Shown: positions 17,654 to 26,560, counted from the stretch's first letter. The stretch: DNA of 39,828 nt from an uncultured Candidatus Saccharibacteria bacterium (GCA_964587505.1 CAZPLD010000002.1:1-39828), one strand, 5' to 3'. Notes: generated by a model not told the origin, from the sequence alone. Program-made: numbers and translations.

Positions 17654-18523
17654 ATGAACAAATCAGTTGAGCTCTCAATAGTTGTGCCCGTGTATAATGA
17701 AGGTGAAACCGTTGCCTCTGTTTTGACTGATTTGAAAAAAGAATTAGATGGCAAAATAACTCATGAAATTATAGTGGTAAACGACGGCTCTACCGATAAC
17801 AGTTGCGCAATTCTTGAGACAATCCCCTACATAAAATTGGTTAATCACACAGTCAATAGTGGCTACGGCTCGGCTCTGAAAACAGGGATAAAAAACAGCC
17901 GATATAACTGGGTCTTAACTTTTGACAGCGACGGCTCCCACCCGTCTCACCAGATAATGGACCTGGTTAAGTTTTGCGATAGCCACGATTTGATTATCGG
18001 AGCAAGAACCGGCGAGCAATCTTATGATACTTTTTTCAGAAAAATAGGGCGAAAAATAGTCACAAAATTTGCCCAATACATAAGCGGAGTAGAAATTGAA
18101 GATATTAATTCAGGCTTTCGTATTTTTAAAAAAGAGCTGCCGCAAAAATTCTGGCCATTATTGCCGGACGGCTTCTCATTCAGTTCTACCAGCACCGTCG
18201 CTTCTCATGTGTCCCATTATCCGGTAAAATATGTTTCCATAAACGCAAACAAGAGAGCCGGCGGAAAATCCACGGTCCGACCAGCTAAAGACTTCGTGGG
18301 ATTCTTATCTTTAATAACAAAAATAGCAATTTATTTTAAACCGCTTAAGGTATTTATACCAATAAGCATATTCCTTTTCGTTTCTGCAATATTAGTTCTT
18401 TTAATTGGGTGGTTCGCTTTCGGAGGAGTTTTAGATATAACTTTTGCGATACTGATAATGGCGGCGATACAATCTCTGACCTTTGGTCTGATTGCCGAAA
18501 TGATAGTTAAAAGATTTTATTAA
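17654..18523 (+). CDS. GT2 polyprenyl-phosphate glycosyltransferase (GtrB/CsbB/ArnC-like) with two C-terminal TM helices
   Basis: LSIVVPVYNEG, VVNDGSTDNS, GYGSALKTG, the DXD region TFDSDGSHP, and C-terminal hydrophobic helices (PISIFLFVSAILVLLIGW; ILIMAAIQSLTFGLIAEMI). ATG at 17654 preferred over the ORF-track TTG at 17618. Confidence 0.8.
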   Translation: MNKSVELSIVVPVYNEGETVASVLTDLKKELDGKITHEIIVVNDGSTDNSCAILETIPYIKLVNHTVNSGYGSALKTGIKNSRYNWVLTFDSDGSHPSHQIMDLVKFCDSHDLIIGARTGEQSYDTFFRKIGRKIVTKFAQYISGVEIEDINSGFRIFKKELPQKFWPLLPDGFSFSSTSTVASHVSHYPVKYVSINANKRAGGKSTVRPAKDFVGFLSLITKIAIYFKPLKVFIPISIFLFVSAILVLLIGWFAFGGVLDITFAILIMAAIQSLTFGLIAEMIVKRFY

Positions 18524-19239
18524 TAAAACGCCTCGGTGCGTATCTTGGGTTCATTCACTCCGCTATCTAATATGGCCCTTCTCATGTCGGATACAAATTT
18601 TATGGGTCCGCATATAAAATAATCTTTATCCTCCAAACTCTTTAATTTGCTCTTTATGTTTTTTATGTCTATTCTATTGAATTCTTTTACGTGCTTGTCT
18701 TTTATTTTTTGCCTTGTTAAGTAATAAAACAATTTTATATTTTTATTATTTTCAAACAACTCATTTAACTCATCGAAAAAAGCCGTATCTTCTTTGGTTT
18801 TATTGCTATAAAAAAGATAGATTTTTTTGTCTTTTAACAAGTCGGCTTTCACATGAGTTCTAATAATGCTTAAAAACGGCGTAATACCGATGCCGGCCGC
18901 CAAAAAAACAAGCTCCCCGCCTTTTTTATCCGGATAGAAATAACCCATCGGTCCTTCCATGGTAATAACTGACCCGGTTTTCAGCTCATGCAGTGCCGTG
19001 GAAAACCTGCCAATTTTTTTTACCGTTATAGCCAAAAATTTATCACCGGGAATGCTGGAAATCGTATAGGCCTTGCCCTCGGGACCCGATTGGCCGTTTA
19101 GATAAATAATCACATATTGCCCTGGGATAAAAGAGAGTTTTCTATTTTTGACAAGATTAAATTTAAGAGTAACAACATTTTCGGTTTCTTTATTTTTAGA
19201 AGTCAGCACGCATTTAAATTTATGATTATTTGGCAGCAT
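18520..19239 (-). CDS. Ferredoxin-NAD(P)+ reductase-like FAD/NAD(P)-binding oxidoreductase (no Fe-S domain)
   Basis: FAD-binding GKAYTISS (RxYS-type), GPMGYF, the NAD-binding LVFLAAGIGITPFLS, and C-terminal FICGP. It is the last gene of the Fe-S/rSAM operon and overlaps iscU by 14 nt. Confidence 0.75.
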   Translation of the reverse strand: MLPNNHKFKCVLTSKNKETENVVTLKFNLVKNRKLSFIPGQYVIIYLNGQSGPEGKAYTISSIPGDKFLAITVKKIGRFSTALHELKTGSVITMEGPMGYFYPDKKGGELVFLAAGIGITPFLSIIRTHVKADLLKDKKIYLFYSNKTKEDTAFFDELNELFENNKNIKLFYYLTRQKIKDKHVKEFNRIDIKNIKSKLKSLEDKDYFICGPIKFVSDMRRAILDSGVNEPKIRTEAFY

Positions 19240-19693
19240 GTTTTTGTTTATTTAAGTAATCATTAATTGCCTCGCTCAAGGCTAAATGCCCAAGCACGGA
19301 ACAATGAAATTTCCTGTCAGGCAGGCCGCCTAGCCGTTCAATTATTTGTTCTGGATTTATTTTTAAAGCTTTTTCCAAATCCATTCCCCCTTCTTCTGTG
19401 ACCATTACAGAAAGCATGGATGTTGAGGCTATGGCCGACGCGCATCCAAAGGTTCGCCACTTGCACTCCTTAATTTTATTTGTTTTCTTGTCTACTTTGA
19501 TCCACATGTGCATCATATCCCCGCAAGCCGGACTGCCGGTAGCGCCAAACCCGTCAGCTTCATACTTGCTTTCATCTAATAATAAGTTTCTTGGATTAAA
19601 AAAATGGTCCCTGACTGTTTCACTGTACACCCAAGCATCACCGCCACAAGTATTCTCCAAAAAAACATCTCCATCTTTTGTTTTTGTGCTCAT
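19226..19693 (-). CDS. iscU: U-type Fe-S cluster scaffold (IscU / NifU N-terminal domain)
   Basis: YSETVRDHFFNPRN, GSPACGDMM, FGCASAIASTSM and LPDRKFHCSVL. All three conserved cysteines and the LPPVK-like region are present. Confidence 0.9.
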   Translation of the reverse strand: MSTKTKDGDVFLENTCGGDAWVYSETVRDHFFNPRNLLLDESKYEADGFGATGSPACGDMMHMWIKVDKKTNKIKECKWRTFGCASAIASTSMLSVMVTEEGGMDLEKALKINPEQIIERLGGLPDRKFHCSVLGHLALSEAINDYLNKQKHAAK

Positions 19694-19694
19694 A

Positions 19695-20864
19695 TTATTT
19701 TACAGAAGAAATTTTTCTTAATCTTTTAACTACTGCGGGGAGGATTTTTAAAACATAGTCAAGTTTTTCTTTGTTCGTATCTCTGCCCAAAGTTATTCTG
19801 ATACTCCCCTGAGCTAACTCCGTCGGAGTGCCAATGGCATATAATACATACGAGGGAGTCAGATCAGTAGAAGAACACGCCGAGCCAGTCGAGCAAAATA
19901 TACCATACCTATCAAGCATTAAAAGAAGCGATTCGCCCTCAACCCCCCTTACTGAAATGTTTATATTATTGGGTAATCTTTTCTGGGCATGGCCGTTTAG
20001 ATTTACGCCCTCAATTAACTCTAAAACATTCTTAATAAAATAATCCCTCAGTTGTATTTGCCTTCTATTTTCTCTATGCTTAATTTTTTCAGCCAACTTT
20101 AATGCCTCAAACAAGCCGACAATTAACGGAACATTTTCTGTTCCCGCTCTCAAGCCCATTTCCTGACTACCTCCCAAAATCTGCGGTTCTAAATTTATAT
20201 CCCTTTTTACAAATAAACACCCGACACCTTTGGGCCCATAAATTTTAGAGCCGTTAAAAGTCATCAAATCAACGCCTATTTTATTAACATCCAATGTCAA
20301 CGCTCCGGCAGCTTGGCAAGCATCCGTGTGAAACAATGGGAACCGCTTTTCTCCTCTAAATTTTTTGATAATCTTTGAAATTTCAGCAATCTGCTGGATG
20401 GTTCCTATTTCGTTATTCGCATACTGTATAGAAACGAGGGTCGTATCTTTCTTTAAACATTTTTTTAATTCGGCTAATTTCACCAATCCTGAATCATCAA
20501 CATTCACATAGGTAACCCTGAAGCCCTCTCTCTTTAGTTTTTTTGCGGCTTCTAAAATAGCTTTGTGTTCTATTTTAGACACAATAATGTGTTTGCCAAA
20601 TTTAACATTCGCATGAGCTGCGCCAACAATGGCCAGGTTGTCGGATTCAGTCCCGGAACCCGTAAACATTACTTCTTCCTTTTTTGACCCAATCACATTC
20701 GCAATGCCGGTTCTTGCCGTATCAATTGCCTGTTTTGTTATTCTTCCGGCTCGGTGAAGCGAGGAAGGATTACCAAAGAAACGGGAAAAAAATGGGAGCA
20801 TTTTGCCCAGAACTTTTCTGTCTACATAGGTAGTCGAGGCATAATCGAGATAAATGTTCTTCAT
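19695..20864 (-). CDS. iscS: Cysteine desulfurase (NifS/IscS type, PLP-dependent)
   Basis: 389 aa. FTGSGTESDN, HTDACQAAG, the PLP-lysine region NGSKIYGPKGVG, and the active-site loop STGSACSS. Confidence 0.9.
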   Translation of the reverse strand: MKNIYLDYASTTYVDRKVLGKMLPFFSRFFGNPSSLHRAGRITKQAIDTARTGIANVIGSKKEEVMFTGSGTESDNLAIVGAAHANVKFGKHIIVSKIEHKAILEAAKKLKREGFRVTYVNVDDSGLVKLAELKKCLKKDTTLVSIQYANNEIGTIQQIAEISKIIKKFRGEKRFPLFHTDACQAAGALTLDVNKIGVDLMTFNGSKIYGPKGVGCLFVKRDINLEPQILGGSQEMGLRAGTENVPLIVGLFEALKLAEKIKHRENRRQIQLRDYFIKNVLELIEGVNLNGHAQKRLPNNINISVRGVEGESLLLMLDRYGIFCSTGSACSSTDLTPSYVLYAIGTPTELAQGSIRITLGRDTNKEKLDYVLKILPAVVKRLRKISSVK

Positions 20865-21080
20865 TTATTTATTCTCTTCGATCGTAATGGCCTTAACGGG
20901 ACAGCTCGTTTCGGCCATTTTTAAATCATCGGATAACTTCTTATTGGCCTTTTTATCAATCAAACTTTCCTCTTTATGAATAACTTCAATGCCGTCTTCT
21001 TTCAAAACAAAAACCTCGGGACATATACTGGCACAGAGGCCGCATTTTATACATTTATCTTTATCTATTGAAATTTTCAT
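20865..21080 (-). CDS. Small [4Fe-4S] ferredoxin
   Basis: 71 aa. CIKCGLCASICPE plus the distal CPVKAI matches the single-cluster CxxCxxC...CP pattern. Its stop abuts the iscS start with no gap. Confidence 0.8.
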   Translation of the reverse strand: MKISIDKDKCIKCGLCASICPEVFVLKEDGIEVIHKEESLIDKKANKKLSDDLKMAETSCPVKAITIEENK

Positions 21081-21085
21081 TTTAA

Positions 21086-22507
21086 TTAAATTTTTAACAG
21101 TTGAAACGCGGCTTTTGTTTTCCGAAAAAATTCGCCTATGGATTTAAGCTGTGAAATTTTTTTAAAAGCGTAGCTTGGCCTAAAATAGAAAGAACGGTAA
21201 GCGCTCCCTAACAAGGATAATAACTCAACTCGCGATAAGTTTTTTTCCCATACCGGGGGAATAAATCCAGGTTTAGGATCTCTGGCAAAATCACGCCAAA
21301 CATCATTGGTCAATACTCTTTCTTCTTGAGCCATTTTATACAGATCTGTCGCCGGAAAGGGAGTTGTAATTGTTATGTGAACATAATCTGGATTAATTTT
21401 TTTCATAAATTTTACGGTCTGGATAATGTCCTCCTTAGTTTCCGTAGGAGAACCCAACATAAAATAACCGGCTGTTTGAATGCCGACTTCTTTTGTTGTC
21501 TTGAAAGCTTCTTCGACCTGCTTAAGAGTAATTCCCTTCCTTAAAACATTTAATATTCTTTGCGTTCCGGCCTCGACTCCGTAATGAATTCTCTGACAAT
21601 TTGCCCGTTTAAGCGCCTCTAAAACCTCCCTGTCTACCGTATTTACTCTTGTCCTAATATCCCAAACAATTGAAAGACCACGCTTTTCTACCTCATTACA
21701 AATATCTAAAACCCGCTGGCGATCAACTCCGAAAGTGTCGTCATAAATAAAAATTTCTTGTATCCCCATTTTAGCGCATTCCTCCATTTCATCAACAACA
21801 TTTTTAGCTGAGCGGGCACGAAAAATCTTACCTAATTGCGGCCGATCACAAAACAAACACTTGAAAGGACAGCCGCGACTGGTAAACATGGTGGTTACAG
21901 GCCTGCGCGGAGAAAGAACAGAAAAATATTTCTCATAGGGCGTAAGATAACGGACAGGAAAAGGCAGATTATCAAGATTTTCTATAAAATCAGCTTGGCC
22001 GGTATTAATAATGGTTCCCCCGTCTTTAAAAACCAGACCCCTTACGTTTTTTAGTTCTTTTGGATTATCCATATTCGCCAATAGTTGTTTAATTGCCCCT
22101 TCAGCTTCGCCTAAAACCAAAAAGTCGATCTCCTCATTGCTTATTGTCTCGTTGGGGAAAATCATGACATGGGGTCCGCCCAAAATAATTTTTGTTTTTG
22201 GATTTACCTCTTTCACCACTTTCGCTGTTTTCATTACGTCAATCAACGTAAAAGTCATGGCTGTAATGCCGACAATGTCCGGTTTTCTTCTACTAACTTC
22301 TTCTTTAAGCTGGCGATAGCCTATCTCCTCAACCTGGCAATCAAGAATTTCAATATTATACGGCGTTGTCTTCTTCACGTAAGCTGCAACATACATCAAC
22401 CCCAAAGGAGGGAGGAAATCCAATCCTTCTTCCAACTCTTTGGGCTGAACACTGGCAATGGTGTTTTCAATCGGCGGATTAATTAAAAGAATTTTTTTCA
22501 TTTTCAA
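21086..22507 (-). CDS. Cobalamin-binding-domain (class B) radical SAM enzyme
   Basis: 473 aa. The N-terminal Rossmann-like KKILLINPP..DIVGITAMT..IILGGPHV resembles a B12-binding domain. The radical SAM cluster motif is SRGCPFKCLFC. Confidence 0.85.
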   Translation of the reverse strand: MKMKKILLINPPIENTIASVQPKELEEGLDFLPPLGLMYVAAYVKKTTPYNIEILDCQVEEIGYRQLKEEVSRRKPDIVGITAMTFTLIDVMKTAKVVKEVNPKTKIILGGPHVMIFPNETISNEEIDFLVLGEAEGAIKQLLANMDNPKELKNVRGLVFKDGGTIINTGQADFIENLDNLPFPVRYLTPYEKYFSVLSPRRPVTTMFTSRGCPFKCLFCDRPQLGKIFRARSAKNVVDEMEECAKMGIQEIFIYDDTFGVDRQRVLDICNEVEKRGLSIVWDIRTRVNTVDREVLEALKRANCQRIHYGVEAGTQRILNVLRKGITLKQVEEAFKTTKEVGIQTAGYFMLGSPTETKEDIIQTVKFMKKINPDYVHITITTPFPATDLYKMAQEERVLTNDVWRDFARDPKPGFIPPVWEKNLSRVELLSLLGSAYRSFYFRPSYAFKKISQLKSIGEFFRKTKAAFQLLKI

Positions 22508-23169
22508 TTTTCAAATTTTTTTACAAAATGCTTGTCTAAAAATTTGTTTAAAAATCTTTTCTTGATAAAAAGCGGGGTGAGATAATAAATTTTAACCAGA
22601 AGTCTTCTAAACATTATGTCGGATTCATGGATACTTCTAAAAAGAGGGTTGGGCTGAAACTTGTTATAACCCACCAAGTCATCAACTTTATATTTGCGGG
22701 GCATTTCTACTGGTTCTCTTTGTTTGTGGCCAAGAAGGACATAGGCAATGGGATCAAAATGGGAAGGGATGAAGAAAATTTTTCTCAACTGTTTTTTGGT
22801 CGGCAAATGGCAAAGCCAGCAGCTTCCCAGACCATAATAAGTAGCGGCCAATACCAGATTTTCAATTCCAGCAGCCGCGCTTTGGATAAAATCACAGTAT
22901 TCTGTATCCTCTGTCCGATTATTATAAAGCACTAAAATGCCAATTGGCGCGTTTTTTATAATAATGGAACCTCCGTGATCAACCAGTTTTTGTTTGATTT
23001 CCTCGCTGTCCACCACAATAAACTGCCAACCCTGGAGATTGCAGGCTGAAGGAGCCTTAACGGCTGTTTCAATTATCTTGGCAATCAAATCTTTAGCCAC
23101 CGGTTCGGGAGTGAAATTTCTGATGCTCCGCCTTGAATTAATAACATTTAAAAAATCTGTTTGGTTCAT
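22504..23169 (-). CDS. Nitroreductase-family flavoprotein with basic C-terminal extension
   Basis: INSRRSIRNF, APSACNLQGWQF, and the usual roughly 170-aa fold, followed by an extra Lys/Phe-rich tail of about 50 aa. There is a 4-nt ATGA-type overlap with the downstream rSAM gene. Confidence 0.75.
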   Translation of the reverse strand: MNQTDFLNVINSRRSIRNFTPEPVAKDLIAKIIETAVKAPSACNLQGWQFIVVDSEEIKQKLVDHGGSIIIKNAPIGILVLYNNRTEDTEYCDFIQSAAAGIENLVLAATYYGLGSCWLCHLPTKKQLRKIFFIPSHFDPIAYVLLGHKQREPVEMPRKYKVDDLVGYNKFQPNPLFRSIHESDIMFRRLLVKIYYLTPLFIKKRFLNKFLDKHFVKKFEN

Positions 23170-23219
23170 TTTTTAGTTTCTCTTCACATATATAATGACG
23201 TATTATATAAAAAATTGAT

Positions 23220-23248
23220 TTGAGAAGCAAGTGAAAATATGGTATAAT
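23220..23248 (+). promoter_or_regulatory. Sigma70-like promoter TTGAGA-17-TGgTATAAT for the UPF0104 membrane protein gene
   Basis: -35 at 23220-23225, TG at 23240-23241, -10 TATAAT at 23243-23248. The ATG is at 23271. Confidence 0.5.
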
Positions 23249-23270
23249 AGTCAAAAGATTATACAACCAA

Positions 23271-24188
23271 ATGAAACTTATTCAAAAAATTCCCATCCGA
23301 AAAATTTTAATTCTTGCGTCAGTAAGCGTTTTAATAATATTCATCATCTTCAAAACCTTAGTAAGCATGGAGGATTTTTATCGTGTCATTCGGGGTATCA
23401 GTTGGTTTTATTTTTTTCTATCTTTTGCCACCATAATTCCCGTTGTTATTATCAATGTGGCCAAGTGGTATTTAGTTCTTCGGGCCGCTGATTATAATGT
23501 TTCTTTTCAAAAAATATTTAAAATTGTCATAACCAGCACCTCTTTGGGAATATTGCCTGGCCGGCTCGGCGACTTTGCCAGAAGCTATCCTCTTCGCCAT
23601 ATTATCCCCCTGCCCCAAGCTATTGGCACTATAGTTTTAGAAAAAATCCTAGACATATCGGTTTTGCTCGCTTTTTCCGGAATAGGTCTTTTTGTTTTAG
23701 GATACCAGACATTTGCCGTTTTTGAGTTATTGCTAGTAGCGGGAGCTTTCCCCATTTTAAAAATAACAGGTTCTGCCAGCAAAAAAATACTGCCAAAGAA
23801 CCATTTAACCGATAAGCTTTATGATGCTTTCTCGGTTTTAAACAAAGTTAAGGCCAGAAAAAAAAATTTTTCGATGGCCATAATAAGTTCGTGCGCCAAC
23901 GGAATGTTGTCAATGTTCCAAATATATTGGCTTTTTAAAGCCGTGGGGGCAGTGGTTCCCTTGTTTGCCATATTTGCATTTCACCCTCTCGGAGTATTTG
24001 CTGGACTCATCCCTATAACTCTTGCGGGGGCAGGCACTCGTGACTCAATGATTATTTATTTATTCGGCGACTTTGCTGCTCCGGGACAATCTTTGGCGGT
24101 TGGTATTCTTTACGCCATGCAAAGTTATTGGATACTATCTTTGTTGGGATTACCCCTTCTTTACTACTTTTTCAAACAGAACGATTAA
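23271..24188 (+). CDS. Flippase-like membrane protein (UPF0104 / LPG_synthase_TM-type domain)
   Basis: 305 aa with about 8 TM helices. PGRLGDFARSY resembles the conserved R-x-G-E/D-x2-R loop of the MprF-type flippase domain family. Confidence 0.6.
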   Translation: MKLIQKIPIRKILILASVSVLIIFIIFKTLVSMEDFYRVIRGISWFYFFLSFATIIPVVIINVAKWYLVLRAADYNVSFQKIFKIVITSTSLGILPGRLGDFARSYPLRHIIPLPQAIGTIVLEKILDISVLLAFSGIGLFVLGYQTFAVFELLLVAGAFPILKITGSASKKILPKNHLTDKLYDAFSVLNKVKARKKNFSMAIISSCANGMLSMFQIYWLFKAVGAVVPLFAIFAFHPLGVFAGLIPITLAGAGTRDSMIIYLFGDFAAPGQSLAVGILYAMQSYWILSLLGLPLLYYFFKQND

Positions 24189-24196
24189 ATACAGGG

Positions 24197-26560
24197 CTAA
24201 AGAATTTTATACTTAAATAAAATTTTGTGGTTTCCGGCAGGAACTTGAATCGCCTGAAACACATAATTAGCTCGATAAATCTTAACTTCTTTACCGTCAA
24301 TAAAAGCTCGCCAACCAGGCAGAAAAGAATTGGAGAAAACCAGCCAGGAATTATTTTTATTCTCCACTTCTAATAAAATCTCGTCCGGCTTGTACGACTC
24401 AAGGCGGACAACCCCCCTGCCGCCCGATAAATTTTCTTGGCAATCCCCGCACTCTATTAAAGTTTCTGCCTTGAAATTTTTTATTTCCAAAAGTTTCCGC
24501 ATCACGGCATCATCTGATAGATTTTCATTTAAATATAAGGTAGATTTAGCAAGGTAAATTTTGGGCAGAACATCAGGATTTTCATATACATAAAGAGGTA
24601 TCTGGGTATCGATAACGCTTGAGTCCAATCTCTTGATAAACGGCTTGCCCAACGGCAGGGATGAGAGAATATATTTAACATTCATCATTGAAAACAGTTT
24701 TATTTTGGATTCAAATAACTTTCTTTTTTCATCCAAGGTCAACTTTTGAGTCGCAAACTGACTGTTAAAATCGGAAAAGAATTCCTGTCTCTTGGTTAAA
24801 AAAGCCTCGTGGCCATTTAAAGTTTCTATATTGTAATACATGAACTCATCCGTACGGAAAGTGGCTATTTCAAATTTTAAAAGTTTTTCCGGATTTTTGT
24901 ATTCCAACCCCATTTTTTTATATGACTCAATTCCGATATTAAATGATAACGCCCGATATTGATCGTCTTTGTGGTTTATTAAAAATTGGATTACCGGCGT
25001 CGGATTCAATACAGAAGCAGGGACAAAGGAATAATACCGATGCCAGATGAAAAAAGATGAAAAATAAACAAGAACAACGGCTAAAACTGAAAATGCCGCA
25101 GTTGAAACTTTATTTTTTAACAGCAAGAAAATAATCAGCCCGGTTGATACAAGCGTAATTACGGCCAGCCAAATCTCAACATTTGAAAAAGAAAATTGAT
25201 AAAACCACGAATTTAAAAGCTCTTTTACTTTGCCTATGTAATAAGCCGGCTCGCGCTGAAGGGTGTGGGCGTAGCCAAAACGCATAAAAACTTTAAATCC
25301 GACCCTAATTAAGGTCTCAAATGCAAAATAATATATTATATTTATCGCAACAACTGCCAAACCAAAAACAATCAGAAACTTTTTATAAAAACCGGCAATT
25401 CTGGAAAAAAACTTTAATCCCCGACTTTCTCTTAAGGCGTCCAAACCAAAACCAGCCAAAATAGCCATCGCAAATGTGGTTAAAAAAAGAAATTTACCGG
25501 GTCCGCGAAAAGAATTAAAAACCGGAACTTTGGTCAATATGTAAAAGACCGGGGAATATATTATGGCCGTACCCAAAGTTAGAACCGTCATCCATTGGAA
25601 AAATCTGACAAAATAACTTTCTCTATTGACTTTCCAAGCCAAAACAATAAGAAGCAGAGGCAAAATACCAAGATAAAAATGAGTAAATTCAGTGTTTATA
25701 AAAGGCAATATGATAAACGGAGAAACAAAGTGAACCAAGTCAAAAACATTGTAATAGTCCTTATTAAATGAATCCTGGTAGGACAGCCCGCCGTTTCTCC
25801 AGCTTAAACTGTAAATTGCATAGTCGGCTTTTATAACCGGCAGAACGATAACCACGCTCAATAAAATAATGGCCGCACAGATAATGGTATTTTTATATTT
25901 TAGAAGTTGAAATCTGTTCTTTTGGAAGTCCAAAAACGCAGCAAATACTACCAGGGCCGTTGCCAGATAAAGCGTGGTTTGAGTCAGACCAAAGACCCAA
26001 TTCGGAGCAAGGACCAGTGCGGCCAGAATGGCATACCAGAATTTGTGCCCGCCTTCGCTGATCTTAATTGTCAAAAAAAATAAAAACGGAACCCAGGCAA
26101 GAAAAAGGCCAATAGTTTCAAGGCCGCCCCACTGAATGTTCCATTGATTAAAAATCCAAACAAACGAAGCAAAGACAGCAGATAAGGCGCTGATTTTTAA
26201 CTTCCTGGACAACAGATAGAACCCGTACCATTGGCCCGCAAAACTCAACGCGATAACCCAATAGTAAGCGCTTATCGGCTTGAGAAATTTATAGAAAAAA
26301 AGTGTGATTGGATGGAGCATATCCATTTGGGAAAGATAGGGGGCAACACCGCTGAAATAGAGCGGGTTGATACGCCAGCTCCCGCTTCTTAAGGCCTCGC
26401 CAAACCAAAAATGCAGTGGCAGATCTTCGGCTGTACTATGAGCAACACCAAAAGCCAACTTACCGCCAAAAAGGACGGGGTAGAAAAAAACAGTTACGGC
26501 TACAAAAGGAAGCCACCACAAAACATAAGGAATCCTGAATATTTTACCAAACCTATTCAT
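24197..26560 (-). CDS. Very large polytopic membrane protein with C-terminal beta-rich domain; GT-C-like, YfhO-like in size and architecture
   Basis: 787 aa. TM helices cover about 520 aa, followed by a roughly 260-aa soluble C-terminus. An acidic ED pair lies in loop 1 (HSTAEDLPLHFWFGE). It overlaps the upstream Zn-ribbon methyltransferase by 4 nt. Confidence 0.5.
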   Translation of the reverse strand: MNRFGKIFRIPYVLWWLPFVAVTVFFYPVLFGGKLAFGVAHSTAEDLPLHFWFGEALRSGSWRINPLYFSGVAPYLSQMDMLHPITLFFYKFLKPISAYYWVIALSFAGQWYGFYLLSRKLKISALSAVFASFVWIFNQWNIQWGGLETIGLFLAWVPFLFFLTIKISEGGHKFWYAILAALVLAPNWVFGLTQTTLYLATALVVFAAFLDFQKNRFQLLKYKNTIICAAIILLSVVIVLPVIKADYAIYSLSWRNGGLSYQDSFNKDYYNVFDLVHFVSPFIILPFINTEFTHFYLGILPLLLIVLAWKVNRESYFVRFFQWMTVLTLGTAIIYSPVFYILTKVPVFNSFRGPGKFLFLTTFAMAILAGFGLDALRESRGLKFFSRIAGFYKKFLIVFGLAVVAINIIYYFAFETLIRVGFKVFMRFGYAHTLQREPAYYIGKVKELLNSWFYQFSFSNVEIWLAVITLVSTGLIIFLLLKNKVSTAAFSVLAVVLVYFSSFFIWHRYYSFVPASVLNPTPVIQFLINHKDDQYRALSFNIGIESYKKMGLEYKNPEKLLKFEIATFRTDEFMYYNIETLNGHEAFLTKRQEFFSDFNSQFATQKLTLDEKRKLFESKIKLFSMMNVKYILSSLPLGKPFIKRLDSSVIDTQIPLYVYENPDVLPKIYLAKSTLYLNENLSDDAVMRKLLEIKNFKAETLIECGDCQENLSGGRGVVRLESYKPDEILLEVENKNNSWLVFSNSFLPGWRAFIDGKEVKIYRANYVFQAIQVPAGNHKILFKYKIL

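Noticed and set aside
20865-21080. The possibility that the 71-aa ORF next to the rSAM and nitroreductase-like genes is a RiPP precursor, which would make this a RiPP cluster.
   Set aside because: Its cysteines fall in the exact CxxCxxCxxxCP...CP ferredoxin pattern. No other small Cys/Ser/Thr-rich precursor-like ORF, leader peptidase or ABC exporter lies nearby.
21326-22486. Several 72-105 aa plus-strand ORFs inside the rSAM gene. Similar shadow ORFs occur elsewhere (228-473, 612-1010, 3310-3797, 5096-5452, 7479-8316, 8442-8708, 28663-29249, 33340-33706, 37064-38312).
   Set aside because: They lie antisense or out of frame within long, motif-supported genes. They have low-complexity or compositionally biased translations with no recognisable motifs, so they look like typical shadow ORFs.
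22504-23169. The nitroreductase-family protein as BluB (dimethylbenzimidazole synthase) supplying the lower ligand for the B12-rSAMs.
   Set aside because: Only the generic nitroreductase-fold motifs are visible. I cannot verify BluB-specific residues by eye, and no other cobamide genes are present.
23231-23491. An 86-aa ORF overlapping the 5' end of the UPF0104 gene in another frame.
   Set aside because: It begins inside the -10 promoter element, and its translation is non-hydrophobic low-complexity. The 305-aa frame gives a coherent multi-TM protein.
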